Virus record (IMG/VR): IMGVR_UViG_3300009514_000001 | Span: 1-64,000 of that record | Direction: 5' to 3' (one strand) | Length of the DNA stretch: 64,000 nt | Shown: positions 57,861 through 64,000 of the stretch, in pieces | Numbering within the stretch: position 1 is the stretch's first letter | How the letters are laid out: every line of letters starts with the position of its first letter | Position numbers and translations under genes: made by a program | Notes under the pieces: generated by a model | What the model saw: only the letters and a program-made list of their open reading frames with translations | Database searches by the model: none | Told to the model about the DNA's origin: nothing

Positions 57861-58154
57861 TGCTCAGGAGTCAAGGTTATCGAAGCGGACCGATGGTTTC
57901 CCAGCTCGAAGACGTGTTCTGGGTGCGGGGAAGTAAAGTCTGACTTGAGTTTGTCGGACCGGACGTACGAATGTTCGGGGTGCGGTCTCAAACTAGATCG
58001 AGACCTGAACGCCGCAATCAATTTGAAGCAGTTGGCCGGGAGTTCGGCGGTATCAGCCTGTGGAGAGGACGTAAGACCATCAGGAGAGCTTGCTCACCTG
58101 ATGGCGACCTCGATGAAGCAGGAACCGGACAGAGGAAAAAGTTCTGGAGAACGG
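57860..58154 (+). mobile_element. tnpB: IS607 remnant: 3' end of tnpB plus the right end/omega-RNA region
   Basis: GVKVIEADRWFPSSKTCSGCG..DRDLNAAINL; ends GGAGAACGG like the element ending at 32370. Confidence 0.85.
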
Positions 58155-58182
58155 GTCCAGTTGACTCCTCGCGGTCGTATAT
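58154..58182 (+). promoter_or_regulatory. Putative phage promoter GGTCC-N18-GTATAT overlapping the IS right end
   Basis: Exact spacing; the first G is the last base of the IS end. Confidence 0.6.
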
Positions 58183-58217
58183 AGGTATAAGACCTATTCC
58201 GTCGCAAGGAGAAGACG

Positions 58218-58958
58218 ATGACGAACGCCAACAGTACCCTCACAGCCGCCGCTCTTTCTGATGCAGACAACGATGCGCTCACCCGCATCATCACGCGCAA
58301 GAAAGGCATCTCCCGAGGCAAGGGAAACAACCGCAAAGTCTACGGAGACGACCTGGTCGAAGTCCTCGTGGTGACCGGCTTCGACTATCACGAGGTCGTC
58401 GAGCGCTCCTGGCAGGAGCTGAAGAACCTCGACATCAACGACGTCGTTGGAGAGCTTTCCGGACGTCTCGACGGCGAAGGCAACCCCATCACCCGAGACG
58501 ACATCGGCGCCGCGATGAAGGAGCTGCAAGCCAGCTTCTCGGCCAGCCTCGACGGCCGCAACCACGCCTCGACAGAGGGTAACTTCGAGACCCTGGAGGT
58601 CGACGGACAGAAGGTTCGAACAGTCAAGGTCTACAAGGGCCCGAAGACGGGGCAGAAGCGGGCCACCGAGGGTCTGGCACCGGGGACCATCTACATCCAC
58701 GGCCTCAAACTCTCAGAGAAGGTCCTGGAGCCAGCAGCCAATGGGCCCAAGCCCAAGAGCAATTCCTCGGCGAAAACCATCGCCAAGCGGTTCGTTCGTG
58801 GTAAGCTCTCGGTGGGTTCCTACGTGAGCTACGAGCTGCCTCCCGAAGGCAAGCCGTTCATCGTTCGTCCAGGAGGGACGACCCCGTTCCATTCGGACGG
58901 CAGTCGCATCCGGTTCCGCAACGCCACCGTCGAAACCCTCTTCGGTATTGCAGGGTGA
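58218..58958 (+). CDS. Hypothetical protein
   Basis: 246-aa ORF with AGGAG RBS. Confidence 0.7.
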   Translation: MTNANSTLTAAALSDADNDALTRIITRKKGISRGKGNNRKVYGDDLVEVLVVTGFDYHEVVERSWQELKNLDINDVVGELSGRLDGEGNPITRDDIGAAMKELQASFSASLDGRNHASTEGNFETLEVDGQKVRTVKVYKGPKTGQKRATEGLAPGTIYIHGLKLSEKVLEPAANGPKPKSNSSAKTIAKRFVRGKLSVGSYVSYELPPEGKPFIVRPGGTTPFHSDGSRIRFRNATVETLFGIAG

Positions 58959-58959
58959 G

Positions 58960-58988
58960 TACGACCCCGCATGAGCGGGGATGTTCCC
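58960..58988 (+). repeat. Solitary type I-E-like CRISPR repeat unit
   Basis: TACGA-CCCCGC-ATGA-GCGGGG-ATGTTCCC has the 5+6+4+6+8 layout of I-E repeats. Confidence 0.55.
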
Positions 58989-58999
58989 AAACGGGAACA

Positions 59000-59089
59000 G
59001 GTCATTGACCGCTATTGACCTCCTCCGCGAGCACGGAGATTCCCGGTCATTGACCGCTATTGACCTCCTCCGCGAGCACGGAGATTCCC
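59000..59089 (+). repeat. Perfect 45-bp tandem duplication
   Basis: 59000-59044 equals 59045-59089. Confidence 0.9.
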
Positions 59090-59099
59090 AAAGGAGCAC

Positions 59100-59633
59100 A
59101 TGACAGACACCATTCTTTTCCAAAATCGCTGGGTCAAGGTCATCGACCGTGACGGCTACACCATGGTCCACGGGGCCGGGAATGCCGTCGCGGTTCTCCC
59201 CTTTCGAGGGGCGGTCGGCCAAGCCACAACCGCTGACGTGGAGTTCCTGGCTCGCATCGAGCCCTGTCCTCCCCACGGACCGAAGCCCCACCTCTGTGGC
59301 ATTACGGGGGGCATCGAGGGCCGGGAGAAGCCGGTCGACGCTGCGGTGAGGGAGACCTTCGAGGAGTCTGGGTTCCGGGTCACCAGGGAACAACTGGTTC
59401 GCCTGGGCATGGTATGGCCGAGCAAGATGTCGACCACCATCATGCACCTGTTCGCCGTCGATGTGTCCAGCGTCCCCTGGGAGACTCCCCCGGGGGACGG
59501 GACCGTCTACGAGGCCCAGTCGATGACTGTGTGGCTCCCTTACGAGAAGTCCGCCCTGGTCCCAGACGCAGTCTACTGCTCGATGATGCTACGCCTGGGA
59601 CGGTTCTTCCGTGAGGGCCTCTGGGGCGGGTGA
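59100..59633 (+). CDS. Nudix hydrolase (ADP-ribose pyrophosphatase-like)
   Basis: Nudix box GGIEGREKPVDAAVRETFEESGF; N-terminal AVAVLP. Confidence 0.88.
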   Translation: MTDTILFQNRWVKVIDRDGYTMVHGAGNAVAVLPFRGAVGQATTADVEFLARIEPCPPHGPKPHLCGITGGIEGREKPVDAAVRETFEESGFRVTREQLVRLGMVWPSKMSTTIMHLFAVDVSSVPWETPPGDGTVYEAQSMTVWLPYEKSALVPDAVYCSMMLRLGRFFREGLWGG

Positions 59634-59883
59634 GTCTCCGAAGAGGTCGAGTATGCCGCCCTCGGAGGGCGCCGCGGAACGTTCTTCGTTGAGTTGGAAG
59701 AGTCGGTCGAGTAGTTCATCCTCGACTGGTCGTGTCCAGCATAGCTCGGAACGTCGAGGTCGTCCCACCCGTAGCTTCTGAGGACCTCCATCTCTTCGTG
59801 GAGCTGTTGAAGCGGGTAGTTCGCCGGCCTTGATAGTGTTGTAGAGCTTGATAGTGTTGTAGAGCTTCGTCAGGACCTGGTTC
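59631..59883 (-). pseudogene. MmeI/type IIL-like R-M C-terminal tail, copy A (frameshifted)
   Basis: LTKLYNTIK..LHEEM..YGW.DL..ILDLFGD; homologous to 62527-62815. Confidence 0.65.
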
Positions 59884-60526
59884 CTACGTCCTGAATGTGG
59901 ACGGATTCACGCTGGCTCCGGAAGAGCGTGACGCCCTTATCGACAAGGACCCGAGGAACGCCCAAAGAATCTTCCCCTACATCGGAGGAAAAGAGGTCAA
60001 TAGCTCACCGACTCAAGACTTCCATCGATACATCATCAACTTCGGCCAGATGTCGCTGGAAGAGGCCGAACAGTGGTCAGACCTGGTTGAGCGGCTGAGA
60101 AGACTCGTCAAACCGGAGAGAGATAAGCTCAAAAGAGACAATTACCGACTACTCTGGTGGAGGTTTGGAGAGCCCCAAGTAGGCCTCTACCGCGCCCTCT
60201 CCGGACTACATCGTTGTTTGGTTACGGCTGCGACTTCGAAGCATGTGATGTTCTCGTTTCAGCCGGCGGGGAGGGTGTTCGGTCACGTCCTCTACGTGTT
60301 CCCTTTGGAGTCGTGGACGGCCTTCGCGGTGCTCCAGTCTCGGGTCCACGAGTACTGGGCTCGCATCATGGGCTCTTCTCTTCAAGGAACTTCCCGCTAT
60401 ACGGCGGAGACCTGCTTTCGAACCTTCCCCTTTCCTCGTGAGGACCCCAAAGAGGTCATCCTCTCGGAAGGCATCGGACAGCGGCTCTATGCCGCCCGAG
60501 CCGAGTGGATGACCTCGAATCAGAAA
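59879..60526 (+). pseudogene. MmeI/type IIL-like target-recognition-domain fragment
   Basis: RIFPYIGGKEVN, RYIINF, WWRF, TSKH, FAVLQSRVHEYWA, RYT..TCFRTFPFP and RLYAARA. Confidence 0.75.
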
Positions 60527-60555
60527 CGAAACTCAGACCCTTGTTGGCCCCCAAC

Positions 60556-60748
60556 GGGAGGGGGTCCGGGCGCTCCGGAGCCCGACGTAGACGAGAGTTC
60601 AGCGCGGCCGTCACTGGGTCCGGGCGCTCCGGAGCCCGACGTAGACGAGAGTTCAGCGCGGCCGTCACTGCGGCCGTCACTGGGTCCGGGCGCTCCGGAG
60701 CCCGACGTAGACGAGAGTTCAGCGCGGCCGTCACTGCGGCCGTCACTG
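60556..60748. repeat. Compound tandem repeat (GGTCCGGGCGCTCCGGAGCCCGACGTAGACGAGAGTTCAGCGCGGCCGTCACT x3 with sub-duplications); related single copy at ~62836-62905
   Basis: Read directly from the sequence. Confidence 0.85.
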
Positions 60749-61450
60749 AAGGGTCTGTCGAGATTCCGCCAGGTCACTCCTGGTCCTAACCACCCATTCC
60801 ACCACTTCGGCAACCAGCTCGTCCTGGGTCTTCGTGGCATCCAGAATGACCCTCCCTTTGCGGGGAGTGTTCGAGTAGGGGCCTTCGACCAGGTCGAGAT
60901 AGGCCTGGCGGTACTGGGCGAGCTGGTCAGGAGTCTCGAATGAATCCGCTTTTCGACCGGCCTGGATGCGCTCGTAGGCCACCTCTGGAGCCAGGTCCAT
61001 GACCAGGAGGAGGTCGGGAACTGGGCAAATCTGCGTGGCCTCGAACCAGATGCGCTGCCGCAGACCGTATATCCCTCCTTGGGCCGGCATGCGCAACGCC
61101 TGATAGACGATGGTGCTGTGGTAGTAGCGGTCCGTGACGATGACTTCGCCGCGCTCCAGGGCCGGACGGATGACCCGACGGGCGTGCTCGGCACGGTCGA
61201 GCATGAACAGCCAGTACTCCTCCAAGGGGGAGTAGCGCTCGTCCCTGCTCTCACAGAGAAGCCTGCCGAACTTCCCGTCGCGGGTCGGCTCCCTTGTCTG
61301 GGATGCTGGAAGGCCCTTTTCCCGGAGGGCGGGGACCAGGTTGTCCACGAGGGTGCTCTTGCCCGCGCCGTCCATACCCTCAACCACGACCAACATGCCG
61401 TGGCCCACGACACCGGCAGGAACCGGCTGACCCGTCTTCATCATCGCCAT
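60743..61450 (-). CDS. tmk: Thymidylate kinase
   Basis: VVEGMDGAGKST, TREP, DRAEH, TDRYYHSTIVYQ and PDLLLVMD. Confidence 0.93.
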   Translation of the reverse strand: MAMMKTGQPVPAGVVGHGMLVVVEGMDGAGKSTLVDNLVPALREKGLPASQTREPTRDGKFGRLLCESRDERYSPLEEYWLFMLDRAEHARRVIRPALERGEVIVTDRYYHSTIVYQALRMPAQGGIYGLRQRIWFEATQICPVPDLLLVMDLAPEVAYERIQAGRKADSFETPDQLAQYRQAYLDLVEGPYSNTPRKGRVILDATKTQDELVAEVVEWVVRTRSDLAESRQTLQ

Positions 61451-61460
61451 CTTCTCTCCT

Positions 61461-62462
61461 TCACATCTTGAACGACTTGGGGGCAGGACCCTTGAACCCC
61501 TCCCACGAGGTGATGTGGTCCCACCTCGACTCTTTACCATACCCACCCTCGCTCTGGGGTGTCTCGTAAGTCAAGCGCAGGACCTCCATAGCACTCGCGC
61601 CCTTGCCTGCCTTCTCCTTTCCTACGCGGGTTCGCTTGTAAGCGGACCCACTGTTCTGGATACGGATGCAGGCGGCCAGTATCTGACCTCCATTCGGTCC
61701 GTCGAGATCGGAAGTCCACCCGAAGTTCCGGGCCATCTTGAGGCCCTTGGCTCCATACTTCTTGAGCCACACCTCTGCCTGGAACTTCATCGCCTCCGGC
61801 TTGCGGGCCGCCCACCACCAGCCGGCACAAAGCCAGTTGTAGCGAGCCTGATGCCTGCGCTCTCCTTGTTTGGCCCGGACTCGTTCACGAATCCAGTCGT
61901 GGTCGCGCATATTCTCCGCCGTCTCAGCTCCCCAGGCCTGAGCTGACAGCTCCGGAAGGGCTCGAACGAACGAGGCCAGGAAGGGCGGCGCTGTCCCCGC
62001 CCAGTAATGGGCGATGCCGATACTGAACTCGTCCACAGAAACCCAGCTCTTGGGGTCTCGGCTGAACTTGCCCCCCGGCCTCCATCCGCTGACCAAACGG
62101 AACATGGCGTCGTGCCACCTACCGTGTGAGGTGAAGGACTCCCAAGCTGGGGCCCTGATGGGATACCTGAGGTCTCCGGGTTCTTGGGCATGGTCGTACC
62201 CCCAGCGAGGGACGAAGATGGGCATGGGATGGAGGGTGAGCATCTCCTCGGAGAACGGTCCGTACCGGTGAACCAGCTCCTCTTGAGTGCCCGGTCCAAG
62301 CATCCCGTCAACGGTCAGCCTGAGGGCCTTCTGTTGCATCTCCACCCAGGCGACGCCGGCGAGAGTCGTCGGGTCAACCATGACACCGGTGGACTGGCAG
62401 AGGAAAGGACCGGGAGCGCGCTTGCGGTTGTAGGCAATGGCCTTGTCGACATTGACAGCCAT
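61461..62462 (-). CDS. Protein with an N-terminal peptidoglycan-binding motif; possible cell-wall hydrolase
   Basis: QQKALRLTVDGMLGPGT; the rest is unassigned. Confidence 0.55.
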   Translation of the reverse strand: MAVNVDKAIAYNRKRAPGPFLCQSTGVMVDPTTLAGVAWVEMQQKALRLTVDGMLGPGTQEELVHRYGPFSEEMLTLHPMPIFVPRWGYDHAQEPGDLRYPIRAPAWESFTSHGRWHDAMFRLVSGWRPGGKFSRDPKSWVSVDEFSIGIAHYWAGTAPPFLASFVRALPELSAQAWGAETAENMRDHDWIRERVRAKQGERRHQARYNWLCAGWWWAARKPEAMKFQAEVWLKKYGAKGLKMARNFGWTSDLDGPNGGQILAACIRIQNSGSAYKRTRVGKEKAGKGASAMEVLRLTYETPQSEGGYGKESRWDHITSWEGFKGPAPKSFKM

Positions 62463-62526
62463 GGAGACCTCCTGTGGTGAAGTGTCTTCACCACAGGCGA
62501 TTTCATAGGCTGGCTAGTGTCTCAGT

Positions 62527-62815
62527 TCAGTCTCCAAAGAGGTCGAGTATGCCGCCCTCGGAGGGCGCTGTAGTCCGTTCATTCAACACGAAGAGCCGGT
62601 CCAGCACTCCGTCCTCGAAATTCTGGTCGTGTTCGGTGTAGGGCGGGACGTCTAGGTCACCCCACCCGTAGGCTTTGAGGACCTCTCGGTCCATCTCTTC
62701 GTGAAGCTGTTGGAGTTCGGGCAGCTCACCGGCCTTGATGGTGTTGTACAACTTCGTCAGGCCTTTCTGGTTCGAGGCCATCCACTTGGCCCGGGCCGCA
62801 TAGAGACGCTGAGAA
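62527..62815 (-). pseudogene. MmeI/type IIL-like R-M C-terminal tail, copy B
   Basis: QRLYAARAKWMASNQKGLTKLYN..LHEEMDREVLKAYGWGDL..LDRLF.LNER..ILDLFGD. Confidence 0.7.
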
Positions 62816-62905
62816 CGGTGGAGCCCTGATGAATTGACCCTTCGTTGGCCTCTAGGGGCAAGGGGTCCGGACGCTCAGGACCTCGACGTAGACGGGAGTT
62901 CAACG

Positions 62906-63199
62906 TCATGCTGCGTTCCTCTCCGTGTGATGTCCGCCTCGTGGCCAGACCTTGGTCACAGGCTTCCTGCGCTGTCGAGTGTACCTCACCGTCGACCAGG
63001 TGTCAGGCGGGTGGACGACGATGAAGAACCCCAGTTCTCTGGCGATGCTGTGGGCCTGCTCGTCGGCCCCGACACAATCTCCATGGTGGAAGACGGGCTG
63101 TGTGTTGCAGCGCTCTACGATGCGTCTGAGGAGCTTGTAGAGGGTCTGTCGCTGGAGGTCCGTCAGACCATCCCGTGTGCCAGTGAACCCTACGTGCAT
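62906..63199 (-). CDS. SLOG/YspA-like small phage protein, possibly truncated
   Basis: VGFTGTRDG..FHHGDCVGAD.QAH.IA..VVHPP. Confidence 0.6.
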   Translation of the reverse strand: MHVGFTGTRDGLTDLQRQTLYKLLRRIVERCNTQPVFHHGDCVGADEQAHSIARELGFFIVVHPPDTWSTVRYTRQRRKPVTKVWPRGGHHTERNAA

Positions 63200-63876
63200 C
63201 GCCTCGGCGGGACCAAAACCTCGAAGGAGTAGTCCTCCACCCCGAGGTGTTCGAGATAGAGGTCACAGACCCGAGTGAACCCCTTGTGGACAAGAACCCG
63301 CAGACGCTTCACGACCTGCCAGGTGGCTGGGTACTTGGACGCCAGTTGGCGGTCGCTCGAAAAGGGAGCCTTGGGCTTGAAGAAGTCCGGGTGGAGCTTG
63401 AGGGCCTTGACGATCTCTGCGCCCAGGAACTTGAGGGCGTCCTGAGTCTGCTTTGTCGCGGCCACCAGCAAGGAACCGTCCGTCAGAAGGGCTCGTTGCT
63501 CGCAGAGTTGAATGGCCTGGAAGAGGAATGGCTCTTCACTAAACTTGAAGTTTAGAATCTTGCCACCGGGGAGAAGGTTCTCCGTCGGCTTCACAACCTG
63601 GAGCCCGTCCGACGGAGATGTAGAGACCCTCAGCTTGACCGTGCCGTAGAGCAACATCTGTTTGACCAGATGCCCCGAGAGCGTGGTGAACTCCTCGTTG
63701 AACCTGGCCAGGCCCCCTGCCACGGACTTGTCCGGGGACTCCGTCCACTGGTAGCGAGGGCGAGTGGCCAGGTTGAGCTGCAAGGTCAGGGCTCGAAGGC
63801 GGTCAACAGCCTGTCCGAGGATTGGATAGGTCTGGAGGGCCTGGTTGATGTGTTCGACTTGGTCCACAGCTCTCAC
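63190..63876 (-). CDS. Hypothetical protein
   Basis: 228-aa ORF. Confidence 0.5.
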   Translation of the reverse strand: MRAVDQVEHINQALQTYPILGQAVDRLRALTLQLNLATRPRYQWTESPDKSVAGGLARFNEEFTTLSGHLVKQMLLYGTVKLRVSTSPSDGLQVVKPTENLLPGGKILNFKFSEEPFLFQAIQLCEQRALLTDGSLLVAATKQTQDALKFLGAEIVKALKLHPDFFKPKAPFSSDRQLASKYPATWQVVKRLRVLVHKGFTRVCDLYLEHLGVEDYSFEVLVPPRRCT

Positions 63877-64000
63877 CGGATTTCTTGGGACACCACGACG
63901 GCTTCTCCCCTCCTACCTTAGGGTATTTTCCACCAAAGCGTGCACGTTGCGCTGCGTCCTTGTGTCGGCATTGCCCGAAAGCTCTCTTGTGCTGGCCATT

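Noticed and set aside
60526-60943. C-terminal part of the 348-aa ORF 59897-60943
   Set aside because: After NQK it is read-through into tandem repeats and the antisense strand of tmk.
63190-63876. Possible portal-like protein
   Set aside because: Only a vague resemblance and far too short; left as hypothetical.
1-64000. tRNA or rRNA genes
   Set aside because: No cloverleaf with T-loop/D-loop consensus and no rRNA-like sequence was seen.

Overview
A 64-kb piece of what reads as a large (jumbo-type) high-GC dsDNA phage genome. It has dense, mostly unannotatable ORFs and scattered phage-type accessory genes (HU, GroES, dTMP kinase, type II glutamine synthetase, amidase endolysin, RecA-like, AAA+, CYTH, NYN, DHH, TOPRIM), with no host housekeeping synteny. 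The host is unknown; an acidic-repeat lipoprotein hints weakly at Myxococcota. Main observations: (1) a type I-C CRISPR-Cas locus (cas3-cas5-cas8c/cas11-cas7 plus a 24-repeat array, no cas1/2/4 in the window) whose Cas3 keeps its HD nuclease motifs but has lost helicase motifs V/VI; (2) separate type I-E-like repeats, as a 3-repeat mini-array and a solitary unit, with no I-E cas genes in the window; (3) an NAD-dependent DNA ligase split into two genes 5.7 kb apart, each behind its own promoter motif; (4) a WGR-PARP-like ADP-ribosyltransferase, with an ADP-ribosylglycohydrolase, a Nudix hydrolase and a decayed NADAR elsewhere in the window; (5) a GGTCC-N18-GTA(T/C) promoter motif found by eye nine times, including in front of the cas operon; (6) an intergenic type I hammerhead ribozyme and a duplicated degenerate relative; (7) an IS607 element carrying an adenine methyltransferase between tnpA and a frameshifted tnpB, plus a second tnpB/omega-RNA remnant whose end overlaps a promoter; (8) many perfect short tandem duplications and pseudogenes. 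All family calls are motif recognition by eye; no database search or computation was run.
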